This document shows, piece after piece, positions 46,504 through 58,136 of a DNA stretch of 64,000 nt. Below the pieces are notes generated by a model. It made no database searches, was not told where the DNA came from, and worked only from the letters and a program-made list of their open reading frames with translations. How positions within the stretch are numbered: the stretch's first letter is position 1; each line of letters starts with the position of its first letter. A program made the position numbers and the translations under genes. The DNA is from Candidatus Kapaibacterium sp. (GTDB lineage: Bacteria; Bacteroidota; Ignavibacteria; Kapaibacteriales; UBA2268): positions 2,688,001 through 2,752,000 of the forward strand of contig OY762428.1 of NCBI GenBank assembly GCA_963665665.1. Reading direction: 5' to 3'.

Positions 46504-47706
46504 TTATTTGGCATAAGGAACGCCCGGTGTATTCTGGTATGAAATCACCAATTCGATAAATGCATCAGAACCTTCGCCCTGCAGGAATTTACCATCAACA
46601 AGCTTAACCATAACTTTTGCATAATTGTATTCGTTATTTCCAGGTTCTTTTGCTCGTACAACGAAAATGACGTTTGTACCATTTCCTTCAAGCTGTGTTA
46701 ACTCGTAAGCTGCCTTGGAAAAATCAACCGGCATACCATCTTTTGTGGCAAGATCCTCTGAATCAAATGCTTCGTCAAGGTCATCATAGAAATATGCTTC
46801 AGTTGACATTTCTGCTGAATTTGAAGGTACAATAGGATAATTCAATTCAGAAGCTGAACCAAATAATACCTGTCCGTCTCTTGTTGAAAGGCCAAGATTC
46901 CAGTCATTACCTAATGCGACTGTAACTACTGCCGGACCTTCGTCGTCAGAATCATAAAGATCAAGGCCGCTGCCAAAAGTATCATTACTTGTTGAGTAAA
47001 GCTTGATTTCAACTTCATTCGGAGTCATATTCCAGCGTGATGCCGGTGACCACATGATTTCTGCCGGAGTAAGGCTGACGTAGTTATTTGTGTAGCGGGC
47101 ATAAAGCTTGAATGTATATATCATACCTTCAGTAAGGCCTGTTACAGCATGGGGTTTGGCTGTTTTTGTTACCAGAGCAGTGTCAACCAGGTTCATCTGG
47201 TCATCGTAAACTTTCACGAGGTATTTGTCAAATACTTCCCAGTATTCAACATCGTGACTGTTCCATGTAAGTTTGTCCCAGGTAAGGGAAACAGTTTCAT
47301 TGTCGATAGAAGTAGCTTTAAGGCCGATTGGTGTGGCAGGAGCCATCGGGGCAACATAGAAAGTTTCTGCGGCACTGCTTACGCCGTCATTAGTTACTAT
47401 CAGGTTGCCTTCGCCTTCGGTAGCGCCGGTAGGTACCACAACAGTTATACTGTTTTCAGACCAGTTTGTATACCCGCTTGCCGAAACCATCTGCCCGTTG
47501 ATTGTAACAGAACCTTCGTCGTCTGCATCGCCGAAGTTTGAACCTGTAATTGTAAATTCATAGCCAATGGGTGCAATTTTTGTAGATAGAGCTGTAATTA
47601 TCGGCGCATCGCCATTTACGGGATCGTCGTCTTCGCTACAGGATGTAAATCCGATAGCAACGATTGCAAGAATAGCAAAAAGACTGCTAAGTTTGAAAAT
47701 TTTCAT
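46504..47706 (-). CDS. Lipoprotein with IPT/TIG and fibronectin type III domains
   Basis: Lipobox FTSC; FTITGSNFG..WSENSITVVVP; VSLTW..VTGLTEG..YTF. Confidence 0.82.
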   Translation of the reverse strand: MKIFKLSSLFAILAIVAIGFTSCSEDDDPVNGDAPIITALSTKIAPIGYEFTITGSNFGDADDEGSVTINGQMVSASGYTNWSENSITVVVPTGATEGEGNLIVTNDGVSSAAETFYVAPMAPATPIGLKATSIDNETVSLTWDKLTWNSHDVEYWEVFDKYLVKVYDDQMNLVDTALVTKTAKPHAVTGLTEGMIYTFKLYARYTNNYVSLTPAEIMWSPASRWNMTPNEVEIKLYSTSNDTFGSGLDLYDSDDEGPAVVTVALGNDWNLGLSTRDGQVLFGSASELNYPIVPSNSAEMSTEAYFYDDLDEAFDSEDLATKDGMPVDFSKAAYELTQLEGNGTNVIFVVRAKEPGNNEYNYAKVMVKLVDGKFLQGEGSDAFIELVISYQNTPGVPYAK

Positions 47707-48217
47707 CGAAAAACCTCCATTAAAAAAAATAAATTATGATCAGTTTAATTTCAAGTATGTCCTGTGTTAAATTTTGTTTTAACCCATCCCAATTATCAAT
47801 CATGTCAAATTAAAAAATATACCTATAAAAGGCAATTTTTTTGTTTAACGAATCCTCATCCTTTTTGTTTTAAAAAATTTCTCGCTTATGAAGTTTCGTC
47901 AATAATTAAATCTGCACCGAAGAATCATACAATTGCTGATAGTATTATTTAATTTTATCTCCCTTTCAAAAATATTTACAATCAAATTGCTGCTAAACTT
48001 TGTTTCAGTATCAACAGCCTTAGCTTTCCGGAAAATTAGAAATGCAAAATATTGATTAAAATAATTTGTTATTACTGCTGACAGGCAATCCTGACTGCTG
48101 CAAAAAAAAATTTGGAAAAATGCCTTGATTTTATAATTTATATATTGTGTTCGGGTTTTGAAAATGTTTAAAATTCAGCAAATTGCATTAACATTTATCC
48201 ATGTCTCCCGGAATACT

Positions 48218-50647
48218 ATGAAAAATAAAACACTGATAATTGTTTTGTTCATTGATTTTCTGCTTGTTGTGGCAGCTTCTCTGAATTTCTGGTCTCTTTA
48301 TGTAAAGTCAACGATACCCGGAACAATTGACAATGGTACGGAAGTAACTGTTGCAGCCCAGAATTTGCTTGCCGGGGACATTATAGTTGAAGTTGGAGGA
48401 TTTGATTGCTATAACTGGAGAGAAATTGAATTTGCCTGCGATCATTATAATATTGGAGATAAAGTTGATGTTGTAGTTGCAAGGAACGATACTCATTTCG
48501 AAGTTCCTGTAAGCCTGGTTCCATATTATGACTGGACATATTTGCTTGTTCTGATAATTGTAGGAATAATTTTTATCGGCCCCGGTATTTATGTATTTGT
48601 TCGCAACCCTTATGACAAAGCCGGAAAGTTATTCCACTGGCTTCTTGTTTCGGCAGGGCTGATGATAGTACTTACCAGCGGCAGCCTTACTCCTTATCCC
48701 TTTTGGATTAATTTCCTGATCAGGGTACTTTATACTGCATCGCTAATATTCACACCAATAACATTTCTTCACTTCAGCTTTTACATACCAAAACGAAAAT
48801 GGGAAAAATCCGACCGTTTTTTTTATGTTCTTTATTTTCTTGGGCTGACGGCTACGATATTTTTGAGTATCATCAATTTCGATATACTGAAAATTCCAAA
48901 TCTTATTGTTGTCAGAATTTTTTTCAATTATCACCTGATTATTGCCGAAATGCTGTTTCTTTATTCTTTTGTATTTATATTAGGCAACTTCATACATTCA
49001 TATATTGTATTCAAAGAGGAATCAGCGCGCAGGCAGCTTTTATGGTTCTTTGTGGGCATTTCATTCGGCCCGGCGGTTTATATTCTGCTTTACCTGCTGC
49101 CCAGAATTATTTTTGGCAGCACATTGGTTTCGGAAACTGTAATGCTAATGGCTACAGCTGTTGCCCCAATATCATTTTTTATTGCCGTGGTCAGTTACCG
49201 CTTTGTTGATATTAATTTCATCATAAACCGCAGCGTTGTTTATTCCATGTTTCTGATATTAGTACTTGGAGTTTATACCGGCATATTAGTTCTTTTCACT
49301 CATGTTTTACACGAAAGTGCAGCAAATTATTCTCAATATGCCGCCTTAACCGCAGCGTTGATAACTTCCCTCGGGCTTCAAAAATCCAAGTCATTCCTTC
49401 AGAAAAATGTTGACAAAATATTCTTCAGTATAAAATTCAACCTGAATCTGCTTAGAAATCAATTTGACAAAAAACTAAAATCATGTATTAGTCCGCGGGA
49501 TGTTCTGGAACTGATAAATGAGACTTTGAAGAAAGCAGTTGAAACTGAAAAAATTTTAATTATATCGAATTATAATTCAGAAACACAGGAAATTATTAAC
49601 GATGGATTTACTTATAACACAAAAGAGCAATCCATAATTCAAAACTTTATTGATAATAAATTAAGCGGCCTTATCGGCAATAAAACAATATTTGAGGCCG
49701 GAATAAATTTTGAACCTGTAGAAAATGGGCTTTTCGGCGAACTTGCACCTTTTTTGTATATTCACAGATCTGAAAAATCAACAACAATCAATATTCTTGC
49801 TCTTGATGAGAAAAAATCATTTCAGAAATATTCCCACGAGGATATCGGATTGATAAGCTACCTAATGCTGAAATCATCTGTTGCTATTGAGAAACTTGAG
49901 CTGCAAAGGGAACTTATACTGAAAAATGAAGAAGCCGAAAAACTTCAGGAATTGAACAAACTAAAATCATATTTTGTATCGAGTGTTTCCCACGATCTGA
50001 AAACTCCATTGACATCCATCAGGCTTTTTGCCGAGATAATGGAGAAAAAGTCTCAGTTACCCTATGAAAAAAAACAGGATTACCTGAGAATAATTCAGAC
50101 TGAATGTGACAGGCTGAACAGGCTTATCAACAATGTTCTGAACTTTTCGAAAATTGAAAAAGGGAGCAAGCAGTATAATTTTGAAATGTTCGACCTTAAA
50201 AATAATCTTGAACATGTTATAAAGACCCTGGAAGACCAGCTTGTCCGCCAGAAATTTGATACTATTGTAGATTTACAGCCTGGTGAATATGAGCTTTTCG
50301 GAGATCCTGATTCTATTACTGAAGTATTTATAAATCTGATATCAAATTCAATGAAGTATTCAATGGATAACAAAAAAATTAAAATAAAATTATACAGGTC
50401 AAAATATTATATTGTTACTGAAATTATTGACAGCGGAATTGGAATTTCTGATGCGGATAAAGAAAAGATATTCGAAGCCTTTTATCGTTCAGGAAACGAA
50501 AATGCTCAAAGAGCAGGCGGGGCTGGTATCGGGCTTTCGATTGTAAAAAATATTATAGAAGCACATGATGGCAAAATTGAGATTGAAAGCAAACTGGGCA
50601 GCGGTAGCAAGTTTTCAGTTTATCTACCAATAAATGGTGAATTATGA
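48218..50647 (+). CDS. Multi-TM sensor histidine kinase (PDZ-like N-terminus)
   Basis: SHDLKTPLTSI H-box; NLISNSMKYS, DSGIGI and GAGIGLSIV boxes; about 10 TM segments. Confidence 0.92.
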   Translation: MKNKTLIIVLFIDFLLVVAASLNFWSLYVKSTIPGTIDNGTEVTVAAQNLLAGDIIVEVGGFDCYNWREIEFACDHYNIGDKVDVVVARNDTHFEVPVSLVPYYDWTYLLVLIIVGIIFIGPGIYVFVRNPYDKAGKLFHWLLVSAGLMIVLTSGSLTPYPFWINFLIRVLYTASLIFTPITFLHFSFYIPKRKWEKSDRFFYVLYFLGLTATIFLSIINFDILKIPNLIVVRIFFNYHLIIAEMLFLYSFVFILGNFIHSYIVFKEESARRQLLWFFVGISFGPAVYILLYLLPRIIFGSTLVSETVMLMATAVAPISFFIAVVSYRFVDINFIINRSVVYSMFLILVLGVYTGILVLFTHVLHESAANYSQYAALTAALITSLGLQKSKSFLQKNVDKIFFSIKFNLNLLRNQFDKKLKSCISPRDVLELINETLKKAVETEKILIISNYNSETQEIINDGFTYNTKEQSIIQNFIDNKLSGLIGNKTIFEAGINFEPVENGLFGELAPFLYIHRSEKSTTINILALDEKKSFQKYSHEDIGLISYLMLKSSVAIEKLELQRELILKNEEAEKLQELNKLKSYFVSSVSHDLKTPLTSIRLFAEIMEKKSQLPYEKKQDYLRIIQTECDRLNRLINNVLNFSKIEKGSKQYNFEMFDLKNNLEHVIKTLEDQLVRQKFDTIVDLQPGEYELFGDPDSITEVFINLISNSMKYSMDNKKIKIKLYRSKYYIVTEIIDSGIGISDADKEKIFEAFYRSGNENAQRAGGAGIGLSIVKNIIEAHDGKIEIESKLGSGSKFSVYLPINGEL

Positions 50648-51324
50648 ACAGAGTATTGATAATAGAAGACGACCCCAATATACTTCTTGGGATTGAAGTT
50701 GCACTCGAGGAAGAAGGATTCGAAATATTGACTGCTTCCGACGGAATGGTTGGATATGCTCTTGCTAAAAAGAAACAGCCGGACCTGATAATTCTTGACA
50801 TCATGCTTCCTAATAAAAACGGGCTTAATATTTGTAAGGATCTTAGGGAACAGAACTTTAACATGCCAATTCTTATGCTTACAAGCAAAAAGGAAGAATC
50901 CGACAGAATTGAAGGTTTTGTTTGCGGAGCGGATGACTATGTTACCAAGCCATTCAGTATCAAAGAATTGATAATGAGAGTCAGAGCATTGATGCGCAGG
51001 GCTGCTCCTGCTGAAGAAGATAATGAACTTTATCAATTCGAGGATATTGTAGTTGAGTTTAAGAAGTTGGATGCATTCAGGGATGGCAAATCTTTGGGGC
51101 TTACAGCGAGGGAATTCCAGATTTTGAAATATTTTACTGAGCACGAAGGAGAAGTTATCTCTAGAAACCAGCTTCTGGATGATATCTGGGGATATGATGC
51201 ATACCCGACAACCAGGACTGTAGATAATTACATATTATCCCTGAGGAAAAAGTTAGAAATATCGCCGGCCAAACCAAGGCATATTATTACTGTTCCTACA
51301 GTGGGATATAAATTTTTGAAATGA
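50644..51324 (+). CDS. OmpR-family response regulator
   Basis: IIEDD, LDIMLP, GADDYVTKPF and RTVDNYILSLRKKLE motifs; overlaps the kinase stop codon. Confidence 0.95.
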   Translation: MNRVLIIEDDPNILLGIEVALEEEGFEILTASDGMVGYALAKKKQPDLIILDIMLPNKNGLNICKDLREQNFNMPILMLTSKKEESDRIEGFVCGADDYVTKPFSIKELIMRVRALMRRAAPAEEDNELYQFEDIVVEFKKLDAFRDGKSLGLTAREFQILKYFTEHEGEVISRNQLLDDIWGYDAYPTTRTVDNYILSLRKKLEISPAKPRHIITVPTVGYKFLK

Positions 51325-51690
51325 AATAGTGAATTATTTATTCCCTTGAATCACTTTTATTGCCAAATGAATATATGTTGTAAATATATATTAAATAGAA
51401 TCTTATAGAATTATTGCTTTTTTCATATTTTTTTAATTAATAATATATAAATAATTATTTATAATTTTTTTGTTGCCCCTTAATAAATCTTTTTCTATCT
51501 TCCGCTAATTAATAATTGTGCTTTTAATTTCTTTGTTCTTATGATGTTATCAATTCAATAAAAAAATGATTATCTTCAATGCAGGAAATTTCAGAAGGGA
51601 TATTTCTGTAATTATTTGAAAATAACAGGTGTTATAAAATTAAATATACAAATGAATGCACTATTTACTCAATTCTCATGGAGTACATTA

Positions 51691-53067
51691 ATGAAGAAAC
51701 TCATTACTTTCTTTTGCATGATGCTGATTTTCAGCAGCTATAATGCATTTTCAAATGGATTAAGCCTTAACAGCCCCGGGCCGAAAGGCCTTGGTATGGG
51801 TGGCGCCATGGTGGGGCTTGCCGATGACTATACAGCTGTTTACTGGAATCCTGCCGGGATAACAAATATAAACAATGCACAAATTGGATTATTTGTAACT
51901 GACATTATACCTATCGGTACTTATAAAACAACATTTCCTGCCCAAATGGGTGCACTTGTAGTAGATGCCACAACGAAAACAAATCATTACATAGCACCAA
52001 ATATAATGGGTTATGTGCCTTTAATGAGCGGTGATCTTACTATTGGTTTAAGCGCTTATGTTCCTTCCGGGCTCGGTGCAGAGTGGGACGGAGCTGACCT
52101 TATTGCTTTCAGCGCTGGCAAGGAATTAAAATGGAGCAACGAAGTTGGTGTTGTAAATATATCTCCGACAATTGCCTACAAGATTTCTGATAAGTTCAGT
52201 GTAGGGGCAGCCATGAATATTTATTATGGTATGCTTGATATGGAACGCCCTCTTGATATGTTCCAGGTCGATTTGGCAACAGGAAACATCACAGGCATAG
52301 GTGAAGATGGCATTTATGATACTCAATACACTGAATCAAGTACCGGAATGGGGTATGGGCTTAGTCTTGGATTGCTTTACAAACCCGTTGATATGATTTC
52401 AATAGGAGTTTCATTTAAAACAAAAACAACCGTGAAAATGGAAGGTGATGCAGATAATATGGCCATGGAAACCATTGGCGGAATGATGGGTGCAACTTTG
52501 AGTAACGAGAGTGAATTTGAAAGAGACCTGTCCTGGCCAACATGGATTGGCGGCGGTATTGCAGTTAAACCAATTGATAAATTAACACTTTGCCTTGATT
52601 TTCAATACAGTTTATGGTCTGATGCTATTGATATAATGACAACAACATATTCAGCATGGCCTGATATGAATGCACAGCCACCAGCACCACCACTGGAAGA
52701 AGAAATGCCTCTTAAATGGGAAGACTGTCTGCAAATTAGATTTGGAGCAGAATATGAATTGGCAAACAATTTTGATTTGAGATTTGGCCTTTATCATGAT
52801 CCCGCTCCTGCACCGGATGAAACACTTACAATAATTTTCCCGAGTATATCATATAATGGATTATCTCTTGGCTGTGGATACCAGATAACCGAATGCCTCG
52901 GTATGGATTTTGGTATTGAATATCTTATTGGAACAGAAAGAGAGATTACTTGGGAAAGAGTAGCGGAAGCACAACAGAAAAATGAAGAATTTAGCGGTAT
53001 GCCGGGCCTTCACAATATGAATATTATTGCTGCAAGCCTTGGTTTCAGCTATACTTTCAAAAAATAG
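51691..53067 (+). CDS. FadL/OmpP1-family outer-membrane transporter
   Basis: Signal peptide; GMGGA..ADDYTAVYWNPAG; C-terminal FSYTF. Confidence 0.88.
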   Translation: MKKLITFFCMMLIFSSYNAFSNGLSLNSPGPKGLGMGGAMVGLADDYTAVYWNPAGITNINNAQIGLFVTDIIPIGTYKTTFPAQMGALVVDATTKTNHYIAPNIMGYVPLMSGDLTIGLSAYVPSGLGAEWDGADLIAFSAGKELKWSNEVGVVNISPTIAYKISDKFSVGAAMNIYYGMLDMERPLDMFQVDLATGNITGIGEDGIYDTQYTESSTGMGYGLSLGLLYKPVDMISIGVSFKTKTTVKMEGDADNMAMETIGGMMGATLSNESEFERDLSWPTWIGGGIAVKPIDKLTLCLDFQYSLWSDAIDIMTTTYSAWPDMNAQPPAPPLEEEMPLKWEDCLQIRFGAEYELANNFDLRFGLYHDPAPAPDETLTIIFPSISYNGLSLGCGYQITECLGMDFGIEYLIGTEREITWERVAEAQQKNEEFSGMPGLHNMNIIAASLGFSYTFKK

Positions 53068-53486
53068 TGATACAACATCCGGATTTAATGGCATTAGTTT
53101 TAATGAAATGAATTAAATATTATTATCGGAAATTATCCGGATTCTCCCAAACGTCATCCTGAAGGAAGGGGCTTACTTCAGCCTTTTCCTTCGGGGATAT
53201 GGCTAAATCAACGGGGTACAGCTTATACAATAGTCAGGATTGTTACTGCAGTGGAACAGATTTATTAGAGTAGTAGAATTATCAAAGGATGCTTTTCAGT
53301 AATCTGCCAATTAATAATTTAGAGTAAGCCGATTTGCCCTGCTTTTATGAATGAAATAATATTACCCGGAAAGTTTGATTATAAGCAAAGTTCAATTTTT
53401 TTGAAATAAATTTGTTAATAAACTGTTGATATATTGTAAAGATTTTCGTATTTTAAATTGATTTGGCAGAATTTTGATAATGTAAT

Positions 53487-54260
53487 ATGATAATTAAATT
53501 GAAAATATCTACTTTTACATCCATTCTTTCCCTCCTGGGAGTAATTTTACTTAATTCATGTAATTATTATGACAATCCTGTTGGTATAGACCCTTCCCTG
53601 ATTGAAATTAAGTCTATTACTAAATGGAAGTCTGACCCTGCTACTCAGGCCAGGCTTTATCAGCAAAGTTATAAAGAATATGATGAAAATGGAAATCTGA
53701 TCGTCTGGACGAAATTTGATGATAACGGAATGATCGTAAAAAAATCAGTCTATTCATATTCCGGCCAGAATTCTACCGAACAGGTCAGCTATTACGATAA
53801 AACCGGAAATATCGATTCTGTAAATATTATAAATTATTCTTTCAACAGCTCCGGTGATATTATTGAAAGATGTGTTTTTTCACACCAGGGTGATCTGCTT
53901 AGCAAAGAAAATTTTGATTATGACAACCGGGGCAACGTAACAAGAAAAATTGAATCAGGAATTCCCGGTTCTTCAAATATTGAAACTAATTACCACTATT
54001 CTTATAATGATATGGGGAATGTGGTTGAAAAAATTACTAATCAGCAGCCCGACGGATCATATCAAAAAAGAGACAGCCTGAATTACCAGATTGAAAGCAA
54101 TATTGTTCAGGTGATCAGTTTTGGTTCCTTAGGTGAGGTTATTGAAATTAAACAATTGGAATATAATCAGTACGGCAGAGTATCAAAAGAAACAATCAGA
54201 AATTCAGATGGTAAAATAGTGGAATTATATATTTACGAATATGAATATTACAATATCTGA
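53487..54260 (+). CDS. Lipoprotein with YD/RHS-like repeats
   Basis: Lipobox LNSC; repeated YDENGN / YDNRGN / YNDMGN units. Confidence 0.72.
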   Translation: MIIKLKISTFTSILSLLGVILLNSCNYYDNPVGIDPSLIEIKSITKWKSDPATQARLYQQSYKEYDENGNLIVWTKFDDNGMIVKKSVYSYSGQNSTEQVSYYDKTGNIDSVNIINYSFNSSGDIIERCVFSHQGDLLSKENFDYDNRGNVTRKIESGIPGSSNIETNYHYSYNDMGNVVEKITNQQPDGSYQKRDSLNYQIESNIVQVISFGSLGEVIEIKQLEYNQYGRVSKETIRNSDGKIVELYIYEYEYYNI

Positions 54261-54281
54261 TTAAACAATCTTTTTTTTTCG

Positions 54282-54310
54282 AAGGCAGTTCACTCACTGC
54301 CTTTTTTTGT
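54282..54310 (+). terminator. Intrinsic terminator
   Basis: aaggcagt..actgcctt hairpin followed by a T-tract. Confidence 0.7.
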
Positions 54311-54725
54311 TAACCCCAATTTTAATTCCCGAAATTATTTTGAAATATAGTTCCTGAATTAACGGGAAGTAATAAACTCAACATACCGTGCAATCGATTA
54401 TAATCCGGATTTCGGAAATTCTAAAAATAACAGTAATATTAGTACTCCTTAGCCCGAACTAAAATCAAAAAGTTTTAAAAACAACGTCGTAAATTAATAT
54501 GTCGTATTTGTCAACCATTTTACCATATCAATTGATCTGAACTATAAAATATTATCATGTTTGACCTCCCCAATGTGGCTGTCTTAAGAGGTACTGTGTT
54601 AAATTGCAAGTTTTTTTTCAAAAAATCATTTATTTGTAACATAAGGAAGCAATACATTGTATTGCTATCCCGTGTAACATGCTGTTTCAGGAAAAACGTA
54701 TAATTGTATTTGCACGGTAAATATT

Positions 54726-57700
54726 CTATTTTGCCCCAATAATTAGCTTGGCCTTAAGAATATCTTTTCCATTATTAATTACCACCTGGTAAACTCCGGC
54801 CGGTATTCCGGGGAAGTTAACCCGGTAAGTCTGTCTTCCGGAATTAAGGATTGCTGTGTTGATTGTAAATACATTGCTTCCCAGCATATCGAAAATGCCG
54901 ATTTGTACGCTGCCTGTCCTGCTGTTATAGAACTCAACCGCAAAATAATCTTTCGCCGGATTCGGAAAGATTTGAACTTCCGAAAGATCAAGGACAGGGT
55001 TGCTGTATAAAGAGGCAAGACTGTCGTGAACTGAATTTTTATAGCCCGGAGTACCGTTGTTTTTCGAAGCCCTCCACGACGAAGCTTTTGAATTATCAAG
55101 TTCGGGATGCCTAAGCTCAAGTGTCGGTCCGTTACCGTCAGCTTCTTCAGGCCAGGGCAGTTCATCCATATAAGTCAGCGAGTCTATCAGTGCGCCGCCA
55201 GAATTAAACAGGCGTACAAGCTCACCTGATCCGCTTAGGCCAAAGTCCATTTCACCGATATAATTATTTACATCGGGGAAAACTCCCGTGAAGGCAGCAA
55301 TATCTTTAACCAATACAATATATGAATCCGGCTGAAGCACGGTTCCGTTTTCAATAACAAATTTATGGGTGTTATCGCCGTCGCTGAAATACCATCCGGA
55401 TATATCTACCGGTTTGTTTTCTGCATTATATAATTCCACCCAGTCTTCAGGATTCAGGCTGTCAGGTGAGTTGTAATTAATCTCGTTAATTACAATTTTC
55501 AGCAGGCTCCTGCTGTCAAATGGGAAAGCGCCGATATCATTTCTTGTGCCGTCAGGATCGGTTTCGGAAGCTGGATCGCCTGTATTTATACATGGTGAAT
55601 CCGGTTTAAGAGAGAAGTCTCTGATTGGAATATCTTTATATCCCGGATCTGCTTTTATATTGTTTTCTCCGGGCATAGCATCCGTATCCGAAAGTGAATA
55701 AGATATAAAAATTTCCGATGCTTCGTCTTTGTTAATAACATTTTTGCTGCAAGCCGAAAAGATACAGTTGCTTGTATGAGCTATCGGTCCGGACTGCCCG
55801 CTGCCATCTTTTACATAGCAGTGAACACCCGTGGCATTGCCGTGAAATGTATTATTTGCAAACCAGGCTTCCGAACCGCTTTTAACAGAAATGGCAGTTC
55901 CGCAGTTAACAATCAGGTTACGAAATACCTGAATATTTTCGCTCGGTGCTACTCTGTCCCAGCCAAGAGAAATTCCTTTATCAGCACAATCCGAAAGATA
56001 ATTATTCCTGATTGTAAGGTTCTTTACACCGTTGCAATCAATGGCATCATCACCAGAGTTTGTTATACGGCAGTTTGAAATTGTACCGTTTTCATCGCCA
56101 ATAAATTCGATAGCATCCGGGAAATTATCTATAAAGCAATTATCAACAACGCCCCTGCCGAAATAGCTGTGAACTCCCTGGCCCGTACCGATCCCGAAGA
56201 AAGTTGAATTCGTCAGGTCAAGATTGCAGTACTGGCTTTCGAATATCATGAAATTTTCCATTTCTTCAGAAGTAATTTCCATTTTAATATTATCTGCTGC
56301 AAAACTGCCGGGCCGGCCTTCGGGAAATTGTAGGTTTATGCAGGCATTTAAAAATTCAGCATGGCTGATACTGCTTTCTTTGGCCGGATTTTCAATATTC
56401 AGCCCTCCCCAGTAGTCAACCCCTGTTTCTGGATAAAATCTTACAGGGTTTGCTGCCGAACCATTTACCTTCAGGCCGCCATAAATATTTATGGTCTTAT
56501 TCGCTGCAATAATCAGGTCAACTCCTTCCTGAATTGTAAGAGTAGCGTTGGCATTAACATTAACGTCGCAATCCACATAATAAGGAGAATTTTCTTTTGT
56601 CAGGGTTTTGTCAGAATTGATTGTACATTCCAGATCAGTATAATTCGCAATAACAATTTCCTGCAGATTATCGGTAGCCTCGGTTTCCCACGAACCGTTA
56701 TATGCTATTAAAACCCACCAGTATCTTCCGGGCTCGGGGAGATCAGTAACTGTGAGAGCAGTATCTTCAATATCATCATACCATTTGAAAGTACCAGCAT
56801 CGTAATTGGACTGATTGCTAAGCCCAAGTTTATATTTTACATTGTCACCCGAAGGGCAAACTGTTGATTCCCATTCGAACCTTACAGATTTTCCATATAC
56901 GTAAGGAGTTCTTTTCACGCGGAATACCCTGGGGCATTTTTTAAACTGCTGTTCCAGGTTGTCGTATCTTTTCTCTATATAATCGTTCTTATTGCCCCAA
57001 AGATTAGCTATCCACTGATTAAGATTTTCTAAATTATCTGTCTGGTCTTCTTCAACGGATGTTTTCAGAACAGATTCCAGGCTGTCAATTATAGGGTAAA
57101 GATAATCTTTATTGAAAAGTGTTTCTGCCAGTTCTTTTGTTCTAAGCTTTATGTCTTCGAATATCGGATCGCACATCAGTGCGCGTTCCACGAAGGGATT
57201 GTCATGAGACCAGTATTTACTGCTGGTTGAATAGGAATAATCATACCCGAAATGAAGAAAAGTTTTATCGAGATCCCAGGGAAACATCGTCCATTTGCCT
57301 GTTCGGTTGATATCATGGAACATATAATAGTTATGGTAATAAGTACTCTTGTTGCCAATCAGAATATTCATCGAAATGATGTTAACCATGGCATCGTAAT
57401 CAAATGTTCTTCGTGCAAATTCATAATATCTTTCGTCGGGAACATTTTCAAGCGAATCAATCAAAGCCCTCAGATCATTCCAGTCAGCTGTTTCGTTGCT
57501 TTTCTTTTCCCAAAGGGCATCCACATCGTCGAATATTGTCAGGCTTGCGTTATCGACTGTGGCCTTGTACATATTTGCTTTCGGGTCAAGGCCTCTTTTC
57601 ATAAGAAAATCTTCGTCCATATTCTCGATTTCAAGGTAAAGGCCAAAATATTCGCCATTCAGGTAAACCCTTACATGTTCGGCATTGAAGCAGGGCTGCC

Positions 57701-58058
57701 CGGACTCACGAAATAGTCTGGCTGAGAGATACTGGTGAAAATAAGTCGGGTCATCCCACTCGGCATTCAGGTTGATCTTTTCAACGTTGCCAACAAACCT
57801 GTCTTTATCAAAAACAATCTTCAGGGATTTCTTCGGCTTTGCCCTGGAGCCGTCGCCACGAATTCTCAGGCTGCATCCGTCCCAGGTTTGGGTCTGGTAG
57901 GTAACAGTAGCGTCTATATAAATGTCCTGTGAGTAATTGTCGTATATATTCTGGAATTCAACCGGATCGCATGTAATAAAATATTCTTTAACCTCTGACC
58001 TTGCAGAGTATAATATAGCCATGAATAATAATGCTTTTACCAAAAATCTCATTTTCAA
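54726..58058 (-). CDS. CotH-family kinase with beta-helix, lamin-tail and T9SS sorting domains
   Basis: RIRGD..KKSLK, YYHNYYM and PWDLD motifs; INEINYN..DWVELYN; FPNP C-terminal domain. Confidence 0.88.
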   Translation of the reverse strand: MKMRFLVKALLFMAILYSARSEVKEYFITCDPVEFQNIYDNYSQDIYIDATVTYQTQTWDGCSLRIRGDGSRAKPKKSLKIVFDKDRFVGNVEKINLNAEWDDPTYFHQYLSARLFRESGQPCFNAEHVRVYLNGEYFGLYLEIENMDEDFLMKRGLDPKANMYKATVDNASLTIFDDVDALWEKKSNETADWNDLRALIDSLENVPDERYYEFARRTFDYDAMVNIISMNILIGNKSTYYHNYYMFHDINRTGKWTMFPWDLDKTFLHFGYDYSYSTSSKYWSHDNPFVERALMCDPIFEDIKLRTKELAETLFNKDYLYPIIDSLESVLKTSVEEDQTDNLENLNQWIANLWGNKNDYIEKRYDNLEQQFKKCPRVFRVKRTPYVYGKSVRFEWESTVCPSGDNVKYKLGLSNQSNYDAGTFKWYDDIEDTALTVTDLPEPGRYWWVLIAYNGSWETEATDNLQEIVIANYTDLECTINSDKTLTKENSPYYVDCDVNVNANATLTIQEGVDLIIAANKTINIYGGLKVNGSAANPVRFYPETGVDYWGGLNIENPAKESSISHAEFLNACINLQFPEGRPGSFAADNIKMEITSEEMENFMIFESQYCNLDLTNSTFFGIGTGQGVHSYFGRGVVDNCFIDNFPDAIEFIGDENGTISNCRITNSGDDAIDCNGVKNLTIRNNYLSDCADKGISLGWDRVAPSENIQVFRNLIVNCGTAISVKSGSEAWFANNTFHGNATGVHCYVKDGSGQSGPIAHTSNCIFSACSKNVINKDEASEIFISYSLSDTDAMPGENNIKADPGYKDIPIRDFSLKPDSPCINTGDPASETDPDGTRNDIGAFPFDSRSLLKIVINEINYNSPDSLNPEDWVELYNAENKPVDISGWYFSDGDNTHKFVIENGTVLQPDSYIVLVKDIAAFTGVFPDVNNYIGEMDFGLSGSGELVRLFNSGGALIDSLTYMDELPWPEEADGNGPTLELRHPELDNSKASSWRASKNNGTPGYKNSVHDSLASLYSNPVLDLSEVQIFPNPAKDYFAVEFYNSRTGSVQIGIFDMLGSNVFTINTAILNSGRQTYRVNFPGIPAGVYQVVINNGKDILKAKLIIGAK

Positions 58059-58136
58059 TATATCCTTAATTTCTTATATATACCGTTACACATTCCATAC
58101 ACATAATTCAACAATACACGGCTGAGTGTATGATGT

